This document shows positions 24,984-36,400 of a DNA stretch of 64,000 bases, in pieces. This stretch comes from Klebsormidium nitens (taxonomy: Eukaryota > Plantae > Klebsormidiophyceae). The stretch's first letter is position 1. Each line of letters starts with the position of its first letter. The DNA lies in the NCBI GenBank assembly GCA_000708835.1, contig DF237005.1:39943-103942 (forward strand), read 5' to 3'. The position numbers and the translations under genes were made by a program. The notes below the pieces were generated by a model, which did no database searches, was not told the origin of the DNA, and worked only from the letters and a program-made list of their open reading frames with translations.

Positions 24984-26602
24984 GACGATAGATTGCACGG
25001 ATTGTCTTTAGTTCTACGTTTACTTAACTTTTTCAAGAGGTGCTGGAGCATAGATTCGGTTCTTCGCAAATCCTGCCAAATCGCAAGCTTGTAACGACAC
25101 TTGTACAAAGGCAAGAAGATTGCATAGGTTTTCAAGTACCTAGTTTACTCTGGCGAAATTCGCATTCGTGATTGCCTGGGATCGACCATAAGTACATGAG
25201 CGCCTTGCAAACAATCAAAATGTCCTGGGGCCCCGGGTCAGAGCTCTTGATGCATGCAACGTATGGATGTACGCAGGTCCATATGTATATGCTCAAGCAG
25301 TGCACACATGATTTGGTGTAACTTGTCTATCTCATGTTTCATGTTCCATAGAATTATGAACCATGTGCAAATTCAGTCATTTTAGTATACGAACGCATTC
25401 ATGCACCTGCCGCCACACATGTGTGTGTTTAGTGATTTTCTCACATGTGATTGGCATCCACATAAACTTTGATTGCGGCTTAGAGTCAATGAGTGCACTT
25501 GGCAGAACATGGCTGCATGGACTGACTATACAATCCGACTTATATGCCAAGCAACTGCAGTGTCCAGCTATGCGTACCGCTGCACAACATAATGGACATC
25601 ATGGCTTACTGAGTCACATACTGGTTGTTCGACATAACAAGCGGCTTTTGGAATTTCATCACCTCAAAATGCTCCTTTAGGAAATACTCCCAGGCCTTCA
25701 AATTCTACTTTGATCATTCTTGTGACAATCTCAAGAGTCTTCCGCTCTAGAGCGCTCAATGACACCGCTGGCCAGTCAATCTTCTGCGCCGCAACTCTTG
25801 CTCAATCCTTGCGGAGCTCTGCAAACCTGCAACACCTTGAGGGTTCACGTGCAGGCCACAGTATACCCATGGAGCAACTTATCTCAACACACAAATCCTG
25901 TCACTTGTCAACGAGGATGTCTCTACATGACATAACCAGACTTGCCCGAACAACGCTCGCGAGATGCATGCTGCCCCAAGGCAAGCCTTTTCTGCATACA
26001 AGCCAAAGTGACAGAAAAAACTATATGAGCACAGGTGTCACCAGCTGCATAAGCTCAACGCCACATTCAGAAACCAGACCATCGCTGCTCAACCCAGTCA
26101 CTGCCACCTGAGATGAGTCCATCAGCAGCCAGCCAGCGCAATCAGAAGTGATGACCATTGCAACTCTTTGGGGAGAGCACCGCGGCAGACGGCAAGCTGG
26201 CAGAGTCCAATCCCAGCTGCTTACCAGGTAGCTGCACCACTAGTCATTCCCCGGGCCTTGCCGCAGCACTTTTGCATCATCGTGTCCTTCTATGCACCAG
26301 GGAGTTTACCGCATGCAACACTCCCATTTAATGAGACCTGCCTAACGTCTGTTCCTTTCCACACCATTCTTCCCTGCACAACCCTTTTTCTCAGCTGCGC
26401 CGCTGAACGCTGGATAGTGAAGTCTGGCAGAGTCCCAACTTCCACATCGACGTTGCGCTGCAATTTTCCAGCTCGTGGCCCCCGATCATCTGCTCCACTA
26501 CAGCTTTCAAGCAACTAAACATGCCTGCTACATGGGGCTACCACTTGGCAGTGGTTGCACCAGGAAGCTGTCGCCGCCCTTTCCCTATGCAAAATGCCTG
26601 TT

Positions 26603-26920
26603 CTACTTGCAGTACCGGTCCGCTCTCTTCTTTGCCCTCGCATCCAGCGCCGCCTCCCTGTTGCCAATCTCCTTGCTAGTGTAACCGAGCTTCTGTGCTT
26701 CTTCCGGGAACATCTCCTCATACTTAGCGGTCTTTTTCTCCCCGCTTGGAGCGAAACCAATCCCGGTATCAAATCCGCCGTCCTCCTCTTTTGAAGCGTC
26801 CCCCTCCGCCGCTTTGCTGGCGGCCTTCTTTTTGCCCTTTTTGATCTTGCCCTGGCTGACCCCGAGGCCGCCCTTGAGAACGAGTTTGCCCCCCCGAACC
26901 TTCTCGTAGGAAGACGACAT
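26603..26920 (-). CDS. Small conserved Lys-rich plant/algal protein of unknown function (105 aa)
   Basis: Single ORF MSSSYEKVRGGKLVLKGG...KYEEMFPEEAQKLGY...ALDARAKKRADRYCK. It resembles, from memory, a conserved plant family ending in KKKADRYCK, and the N-terminus resembles the DUF1754/FAM32A-type Y..V.GG.L.LKG motif. Confidence 0.8.
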   Translation of the reverse strand: MSSSYEKVRGGKLVLKGGLGVSQGKIKKGKKKAASKAAEGDASKEEDGGFDTGIGFAPSGEKKTAKYEEMFPEEAQKLGYTSKEIGNREAALDARAKKRADRYCK

Positions 26921-27577
26921 TTTCTAGCGCTGTGTTTCGCTGGCTGTTTTTGCGGTGCCAGTGGCAGCAGCAATTGACTCTCGACCCTTGCAACATGTTG
27001 CGACAACTCAGACGAGTCAGTACCTGAACCCCTGAACCCTGTCGTAGCCGCGCGCGGCCGCGAAGTTACTGCGGGCCGCGCACGCGTTAACGTCCAACGA
27101 GACGTAACAACTGCCAGGGCCCACCAGTACTAGTTTCACGCATAAGACTGTAAGTAAGTAAGCCAAGCAGCCTGGGACGGGTGGGGTTAGTTTGGGGGTT
27201 AGGGTGGGTTCGGGTGCGGAGCGGGTGATTTTGAGGGTTAGGTTTTTAGTGTTAGGCTGGGAGCTTACTTTACCTGGAGCTTACTTTACCTAAATTGAAG
27301 AGACATGTTTCACGCGCTGAGGTCCTGTACAGCGAGCGCTCTACAGACGGGTAAGTTATCAGTCGGATGCGAATGAGCACTCACTACAGAGACTTCGGCA
27401 AGAAAGTCTGTAGTCTTAAAAGGCTCAGTAAAATGCCTTCCAAATCTTAAACTTGTTGACGAAAGAACGGAGTTAGGTAGACCGTTCTCTTATAGTCTTA
27501 GGTAACGAACAGTCAGGACAGTAGGGAAAGTCACGGTCAAGCTGGTGCTTGCCTTACTGGTAAAGAGGCCTCCCGTC

Positions 27578-28261
27578 ATGGGGCGGCAGTTTCAGTGCTT
27601 CGAAGCAAGGCAGAAGGAAGAACAGGCCAAGAAGTCATGTGCGGAGCTGTATGAGGACCTTTCACACGTCAAAAAAGATGAGGGCCAGTGCAAAGACTCC
27701 CTTATCGTCCGAGCAGAGCTGGAGGAATTGAAGCTTCAATTTAAGGAACAAGCGGAAGCCAATGACAAAAGATTTGAGCAACTGGAACGTGCTCAAGAAC
27801 AAGCAAAAGAAAGAGCTGATGCAAGAGAAGCAAATCTGGCAGCTCTAGAAACGGAGATTGAAGCAGCGAAGAAGACTAATTTCGAACCTTTGCAAAGGCT
27901 CATCAAAGGCGTTGAGTTGGCGGAGAAGGCCGTACAGCGGAGAACTTGTCGCGATCAGGCGCGAAAGCAGTTCTTGCAAAACCTGGGCCCCGACAGAAAG
28001 GCAGCAGAAGAGCCTTGGCATTCGTTCATCAGCAGGCTCACTCAAGCAGATTGGCAGCGGGTGGGCCTGACCACTAAACAACTGAAGCTCCTAGCTGTCG
28101 GGAATGCTAAGAGTCTGAACGAAGCGGCACATGAGGTGAATGATTTGGGGCTGGTTGCAGACGCTGTCCTACAAGCGCCAGCCAACAAAGCAGACTGGTG
28201 CGCTCTGTTCCACTACGCATATGGAAAAGCGCCACAGAGCGTTCTGTTCGACCAGGATGAA
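27578..28261 (+). CDS. Unknown protein with N-terminal coiled coil (first exon or near-complete CDS)
   Basis: A 228-codon open stretch runs from ATG 27578 to a GAA|gtaagc donor at 28262. It has an E/K/A/Q-rich heptad region followed by a helical domain (GNAKSLNEAAHE...LFHYAYG). No family recognised. Confidence 0.6.
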
Positions 28262-30438
28262 GTAAGCTGTGACCTTCTATTGTATTGCTCATGTGACTTG
28301 TGTCTCGGAAGGTTTGTTGTCATTAGGCTTGTGGTGCGCATTCGAAAAGTCCTTAGTCAATTGTTGCTTGACTCTTATCAGGTTATCCAACTTTCACCGC
28401 TCTGTGTCTGTGTTTGGCCGAGCTTCAGTCTATATCCGTTTCTGTGATTTATCAGCTTTCTGCTTTATAGTGGGTCCCTCACGAAAACCATGGATGCTTT
28501 TCTAGTTTGCATTTCTAAGTTCACAGAGTCTATGGTTGCTTCCTGCAAGAGTTGTTGTCTCACACTTTTGCTTCAATCTGGTTAAAGCGAACACCTCTTA
28601 CGCTTTCGTACTTCCTGCCATTTCCGCTCTTGCAGTCCAAACGCTTGCAAAACCCGGCTCTTTGTCTGCTTGCCAAGAGCCATGCAGATTGAGTGATTGA
28701 CCTTCTTTTTGAGAAGCTTCATCACTAGCAACTCCCAAGTCCTTCGGGCGCTTACGCCACCATGCTCCCAGTTGCGGCGCAATCGCCCGTGCAACTGCGA
28801 ACGGTTTTTAGCGGCCTGTAAAACATTGATGTGGACAAGAGTCCTCGGTTCTGAGGCCTTCTTCCACGGCGCAGATGGTCACCTCTTGGCAAAGCATCCC
28901 TCGATGCCGTCCAGATTTCATCACAAGGCTGCATCCTCGACTGGTCTCCCTTTTGGGGCTTCCACTTCTCCCCAACTTCCAACTGCGTGTGTACAAAGAC
29001 CGCTGCACATGAACTAAGCATAGGACGTCAGGAACTGATGGCTCTATGGCAGGCTTTGCCAATTCAATAGCCGCTTCTTGCTGAGCGTTAGATAAGCCTC
29101 GACTCTTCTCAGCAACCCTGCCCAGGACGACTTTCTTCATCAGCAGATTCTGTAAGGATGAACACTTGTGCTCGCTGCTTCTGTTGTTAAGGACACTTCG
29201 GATGAGGTTTTCATGTGCGACTCTCTTACACCTCCATCTTTACATTGTGACGCAGGGAGTATTACCACCTGAAGCCAGGCTGTGAACCAGTAAATAGACA
29301 GACAGCCAGGGGCAATTGAGAAAGGTGGGACTTTATAGGCCCGCCAATCCGAGTCTTGAGTGGCAGGCTTCTTAACATAGGCTTGTCACCGTCAGGCTGC
29401 CGCTAAATCAGATGACAATAATAACCAGCACTTCAGATAGTCATCGGACATTTGGGTTTATGTGATGCAACGTTGCATGAGCGTTGCAGTTGCGTTGCCA
29501 GCGTTGCAATATTGATGTATATATTGTGACAACGCTCATGCAGCTTTCCGAACGAGTGAGAAATCAAATTGCCGCAACGTCCTTGCAATTACACTTTGAA
29601 CACAACAGCTTGATGAGCGTTGCGAGAAAATATTGGTTGGCCGCACGCGCGCTCTCTAGCTCCTGGTGCAGGGTCGGTTTGTTCGCTTCGAATCCCATAC
29701 ATTCATATCAACGTTTTGGCGTTGCGCGGGCGGAACATTGCAAGATGCCACCCTGAATCCGTTGAATTCCAGCCATGGTCACTGGGCCCATTTCGACCAG
29801 CCATACATTCGAATGAAGTCCAGCAAACTAGCCGGTCCATAGCTGGCCTGATTATCCATCCGACAAACCGCCCTAGTGCAATCGTGCATCTTTCAGCACA
29901 GCAACAGCACCAGAGCCTAGCTGATCGTGGCACTCCGGGAATTGCGTCCAGGCGTTGGCATCATCTATTGACGATACGTTGAAGTCACAGCTGCTACCTC
30001 ACAGGGGTTTTAAATCGTAAATTCTAGTTTGAGAAGACCGTCTCTCGCTACCAAACCTCAATGACCGCAATGAGACCGCCGCACGTGAACAATGGTCAGA
30101 GCACCGCCATCGCGCTTTCGTTGAATCAGAATGGAGTGCCACTGCCCTATATATTAGCAGTCGCATGCACTTGACGGCACCGGACCACACTAATTGCTTG
30201 GAGTCCATCTTTTCACATGCATGCCGCTTCGTTGTGCTTCCCCATTCGCGGCAACTTTTGCGCAACTCGTGACTCTTGTGATTGCCACAACGGCATCATT
30301 TCTTTGGAACTCACACCTTTGACAGCGTATCGCATGATAACGACTTCAATCTCAGTGGTGCCAAGCGTGATCCAGCTGAGCCCTGCACCGCGGTCTTCGG
30401 CTTCCAGCGACCGGCCCATTCTTGCCGTCCACTGCAGA

Positions 30439-33400
30439 TTACCCTATCAATTCGCTGATGGGCGGCCGGTCCATCACCTTAGCTGCGCTTTGCGCTGCCC
30501 TTTTCACCTGCTTCGACACGTGCGGCCAAAACGGCACCTGCGCCAGGAGGTCGATCGTCCGTCGTAGCAGCCGGGCAATGTCGCCTTCGTCTACTCGGAC
30601 GTCCTCCAACAGCTCCTTCCAGGTGACTCCGGAGGCCCAGGCCTCTGCTAATCCGGCGACCGCAAGGTCGATGTCTGTGGGTATTTGGACGCCCGAAGCG
30701 TCCTGGAGCTCGGACAGGTGGGCGCGCGTCGCTTCGACGCGGTCCATCCACAGGAGGACGTCCTTGGAGGGGCTTTGGTACAAGCTGCGGGGTAAAAGAA
30801 TTGCGGAGTGTAAAGAGAGGAGAAGATCTTGAGGCGCAAGTACGGTCTCGTGACACGAGGAAGCCTGCGGGAAGTGGCTGGAAGGAGCGCTCCAATGGCT
30901 TCACATAATAGCTCGTTTTGAATGGTCAAGCGTGCAGAGATATTCGTGGCACACTCTTTCAATATGTCTTGAAACGGCGTCCCCAAACGTCTGCGCTCAT
31001 ATCAAACGGCCAAGCTCCCACGGTCTGCAGTAGCTCTTCTAAATGAGCAAGCCCGGCTCTTCCAAGAGACCATTCGCTTTGTTGTTATCGCGACAAACTT
31101 ATCAACTCTCGCACCTAGCTGCGCTTGCATCTTGTCAACTACGTGCCAGTCCCTGTGAGTTCTGCCGGAAGACGCCTGCCGACCACAAAACAGTATTTGT
31201 GCCGGCTTATGCCACTATCTCGTACAAGAACAGTCAGTTCGCTAACTGATACAGATGATGGACGCCCGGCGTTAACGCACGGTTTCGAATTAACGCGGCG
31301 CCGAGGTTGCACGAACCTCGGCGCCGTTCGTATTCCGGCGCCGAGGTTCGCCGGATGTTCGTATTCCTTGGGTATATATTCCAGATGTAAATGCCATCCG
31401 ACAGTCATATACCCCGCACGAAACCGAAGTCCTCTTCACCAAGTACATTCTGGATGTAAGCGCTATCCAACGTGAATGAATCCAAAGCTCACCCGTCACT
31501 GCTTGAGCGCTTCCGGTCTTCCGCCGCCCCGACAGCCGCCGCCACCGCCGCAATCTGCTCGGTAGTCAGATTTGCAACTTCCGGGTCCGAAAACACCATG
31601 GCTAGAAACAGCTCGTTGCTGCCGCGCACGGCGGCCGCGAGCTCGCCCAAGGGAGTCAGCCGGGCGGTCTGGTTCTCGGCGACCAGCGCAGAGTAGGGCT
31701 GCTCGATGGCGGTCGCCTGGCAGAGCACCTGAGACGATGACATGACAACGGTATGTTGATCAAGAGCGCGATCAAAGGGGACAGTCGTTTCGAGAGTTGT
31801 AGGGCGGAGTCAGTAAGTCGAGAGGACAACGTGGTGTTCGGTCCTGCGAGGTTAAAAAGTGCTCCCTGGTCTGACATTAGCCCGCACCAGGGAAAGCACG
31901 TGTTTACATTGTGTCGCAACGCCATGCGGAGACTCAGGGTAACGTACTTAGTCACGCTTTAGTAGCAAGACCGCTTGCTAGCCCCACCTTCGCATCTCCT
32001 GCTGACAGTACCTCGGCAAACAAATCCTCCGTCTGCTTCGCAGACCTACGGACTTAAACTCCGTCACCACCACAACTTTTCTGCCCGTGAAGAACACGGA
32101 GGTTCAGAAAATTGTGCCCAAAGGACTCAAATCATAGGTCTTAGTACTCACATGCATAGCACGCTCAAACCCCTTCCTTGATGCGTGCAATCACTGCCGG
32201 GAGTCCCCGAGTGACAAAACTAGCGGCTCGGATTCCCTCTTCAAAGAAACCCGTGCCCACGAAGACACTCGTCCTTTCGGAGTTCCAGAGCTGGATTGTT
32301 GGAGGTTTAGCTTCAAGACACAACAATCTACCTGCACCACGCGCACGAACTCCTTTCACCCGCTCGGCTCGATGCCTGCAAACCCACCACTTCCAGTTCT
32401 ACAAGCCTACGAACTTCTGGACTAAGACAACTTACCTTTTTCCTTCCGGAAAACCAGAGTAAACAACAAGAAAAAAGGGAAACGACAGGAAAAACTGACC
32501 TGCACCACGCGCACAAACTCCTTCCACCCGCTCGGCTCGATGCTCGCAATCCGCTGCCGCAGCCGCGCCGCCTTGTGCTCCAGCCTGTCCGTCTGCGCGC
32601 CCAGCTTCGCCTGCGCCGCCTTCACTAACCGCAATTCCCGGAACGCGGGGGTTGTGCTAACCATCTTCCTAACCTTGGCCGTAACCTTCTTTTGTGCTTC
32701 CAAGCGTTCCCAGGCCGCGACGACCGCAGGACTGGCGGTCCAAGCGGGGCGGAGAGAGTCGGGGGTCGGGAGCTGGACGGTCCAGGTCCACGTCTCGATG
32801 GCGCCCTCGGTGGCCCTGGGGGGAGAAGAAGGGGGGAGATTACAGTTTGGGAGGAATCCTGGGGATAAGCATGGAATGAGCAGATCGGGGGGTATGCTTT
32901 GGGTGGCACCTCAGAATTGGAGATGCAAAACTCGATGGCGTCCTCGGATGCCCTTGAGAATTAAGGATTTGCTCGGGCCTCAAGTTCACCGAAGAATCAG
33001 TAGCGTTTAAATTGTTGTTCACTTTAAAGGTTGACAAAGGAAAGCTTTGAGTCGATATAACTAAACAGAGAACCTTTCTTTGACGGCCCTCATTCCTTGA
33101 CTCTGGATCAAAGGGATAGACACTTGCAATCGGAAGCACTGGCGCAAGGATTGCAAAGTCCACTGCCAGAGACTCAGTCTCCGAGGAAGATACGAAAGAT
33201 TCATCAGTGGATATTGACTAGAAAATTACAGTAGCCGAGGTAGTGCTCCTTCCGTTGGCAAATGATTCCAGGAAGGTTAACCCACCAGACGTCCACTTTG
33301 GACCCGCCCAAGTTGACCCAGTTCTGGCTCCCCGCCGCCTTCAACCGCGCCTTCAGCACCCCCCGGGGGTCTTCCCCGGGCTCCAGCGGCGACTCCCCTT

Positions 33401-36400
33401 TCGGCCCCGGATGAACGCTCGTGATCGCCCGGTTGCTTACGACATACCAACTATTATCCGAACCCAGGCACAGGTAGTAACTGTCCGGCTTGGACGGCTG
33501 CCACGTGGCTTCGCTCGTGGACGCCAGCTGGCCGCTCGCGGCGCGCTCGGTTGCGCTTAACCCGGTTTCGTAACCCTCCGCGAGCGCCCGGTCGAACACG
33601 TGGTGCGGGCCGGTTTTCTGGTAGCTTCCGTCATACTCGTCATCACTGGAGTCCTCCCTTCTTCCCTGGTCGTCAGAATCAACCCTAACCTCGCCAAACC
33701 CGTCGCTTAACCCCATTCCATCTTCCTCAAACCCGTCCCTATCCCCGCCAGCAAACTCGTCGTCGAACCCGGTCTCGAGCCCCGCCTCCCCTCGGATCCG
33801 ATCCAACAAGGGGGATGCCCGGGGGGATCCCCCGCCCTCGATGTCGTCATCCATGTCGTCATCCGGGCCCTCTTCCTCGTTCTCGCGGTTGTCGAGAAAG
33901 TAGGGTCGGGGAACGGTATCGACCAGAAGGGCGGAGATGCTCTTGAGCCCAGCGGAGCCTTCGGCCCATTCTATGCACACAACGGGGGGGCGGATCCAGG
34001 GCTTTTTGAGGGAGGGGAGGACGTGCGCGGCGCGCGCCTCGTTGAGCTGCGCCTGCAGAGCGCGCTTCTTGCGCTTCTCCGCCTGCCAAAAGAGAAAGAC
34101 GAGCACTTAAGTAGGGCTCTGGCGTGTTGGAACGATTTTCGAAAAGGCAGTTCACTTCGGCTTCTACTGACAGAGTCTTCCTTACTTGTTCTTTCAGGAC
34201 GTCTGAGGGCGCCAAAGAGTAGACAACGGGACTTGAAGCTCTTGCGTTACAGAGAACCCTTGAGGCGAGACCCTCCATTTTAAAATCGTGTCTGACCGGA
34301 GTTATCCGTTCATACCGCCCCTGGCTAGGTTCAAGCTTCGTTTTGATCCCTGAAAAAGTAGTTTATGCCGCCTGAAATCACCAACCCAAGTCTTCTTCAC
34401 TTTCCAGTTGCAGTCCTTTCTTCTCTAATTCCAAATCTCATCGTTTCGCCATCCCAAAATTCCGTGAGAAATGAGAAACTAGAGCTCACTTTCAACCGCT
34501 CCTTCCACCAGATGAGCGCCTCCCAGTCTGCCGGATCTACACTGGGCAGCCGGTTTTCTAAGGTGGGTTCCCCATCAAATGCGCTGAACGCGGCCTTCTG
34601 GTCCTCCAGCCGCTCCAGGTCTTCCTCCAACTTGGCCAGCTGCCGGTTAGCGACCACCATAACCTGCAGTTAGGGACATAACAGTGGCGTTAACCTGCGG
34701 TGTGAGTCGAAGTTCTGATTCGATACTCCATGGGAGAACTAATTCAAGAATTTTGCTGGTTTTGCCAGCTCCGCCTCCCGCCATCCAGCTTGCTATTCGC
34801 AAGAAGAGGTGCTGCTATGTCAATGTGTAACAAGGGTCCAGACAGTTTCGACGCTTTCGATTAGAGACACCCAACCACCGTAGAGACGCCGAGCCTTACC
34901 GTGTCCAGTTGAATTTCCTACGAATCTGACTGAGATCCGAGATCCCTTGTGAATGACGTAACAAACTCCACGAAAATGGTAGAAGCTTCAAGCCCTTCCT
35001 CTTTGTTTGCCTGCCCCATAAACAAGAAAGCGCCCAATTGATCACTCTTCCCACTGCAACTGGACACGACCCTTTTCCACATGAGTTTTCCGACTGACTC
35101 AGTTAAAATCTGGTCTTAAAACCCTACCTCGCTCCCCACGTAGTTCCCGAAGCTCCGCTCCACCAGCTCGCGCGCCTCGTCGAGCGTCCGCCCCACGCGC
35201 ACGTACCGCTGCTCGCGCACGTCCTCGATGACGTCATCCTCGTCGATGACGTCATCCACGGGGACCGACGCCCCCTGGAGCAGGTTGAGCGCCATTCCGT
35301 AGGTGGCCTTGAACTGGGAGACGAGCGGATCGGAGCCGGCGAAGAGGAGCTGCGTGCAGGCCTCCGCGTCCTCGAACGGGGTTTGCACGATAACCTGCAC
35401 GCAGGTTAAGTGAGGGTTGAGGAGAAATTAGGCGGGAGTCTGCGCTAATAAGAGCGAAGAGGAGCTGCGCACAGGCTTCCGCGTCCTCAAACAGGGAATG
35501 ACATTAATTCAAGACAAAGAAATGTAGGTTAGGTCAGCGGAAGTCGAAAACGCTGGCAAGATTTGCGAGGGTTTGGCAGCGGGAAACGGCGAAACGTTGC
35601 GGAGGCTTACAAGACGAAGAACCTCCAGCAGATTAAATAGGAGAGTGATTGAAGATGAAAACTTGGCGGAACGAGTGAAGCGTAGCTGCTTTCGTGTCTA
35701 AAAAGCACTCCTTTGTCACCCGAGCAACTTAAGCAGTGTAAAGAGCAGGTCAATTACCGACGTGGCGAAAATATACTGCAACAAAGTCCATACAGGTCTC
35801 GTAAGAGCTCGACCGGAAGATCCGTTCGAATAGCCTGTTCACGGCTGTGCCAAAAACAACGTGCCAAACGGCTCAGGGAGCCAAGGGGGGCCAAGCGGCT
35901 CACTCTCAAATAAAACAAGAAGAATGAAGACCGGCGTGTAGACGATGCTCCGCGCAACGCACTCTCCAGCTTTTAACACCACGGCTTCCCTCAACCGGTG
36001 TCCCACTTACCACGTTCCCCTTGGTGTCAATCCCGCGCCGCCCCGCTCGCCCCGCCATTTGCAGCATGGCGTTTGACGTCAGCAGCGAGATTCCGTTGTC
36101 CCCCCGCTTCGAGAGCGACGAAAGCACCGTCGTGCGTGCGGGCATGTTGATGCCGGCCGCCAGAGTCTCCGTCGCGAAGACCACCTTGATCAGGCCGCGC
36201 TGGAAGAGTTCCTCTACAAAGCTTTTCCACAAAGGGAGACAGCCTGCAGAGGGGGGAAGTTGGATCCAAGGATTAGTGAACCCTGCAGGTTTTACGCTCA
36301 GAAACGTTGACAATCTTGACAGTGGCAAAGACCACCCACATCAGGCCGCACTGGGAGAGCTCTTCCACAAAATCTTTCCAAAGAGGGAGACAGCCTGCAA

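Noticed and set aside
28582-29140. Gene on the - strand downstream of the coiled-coil ORF
   Set aside because: Only short ORFs in different frames were found, with no consistent splicing or recognisable motif.
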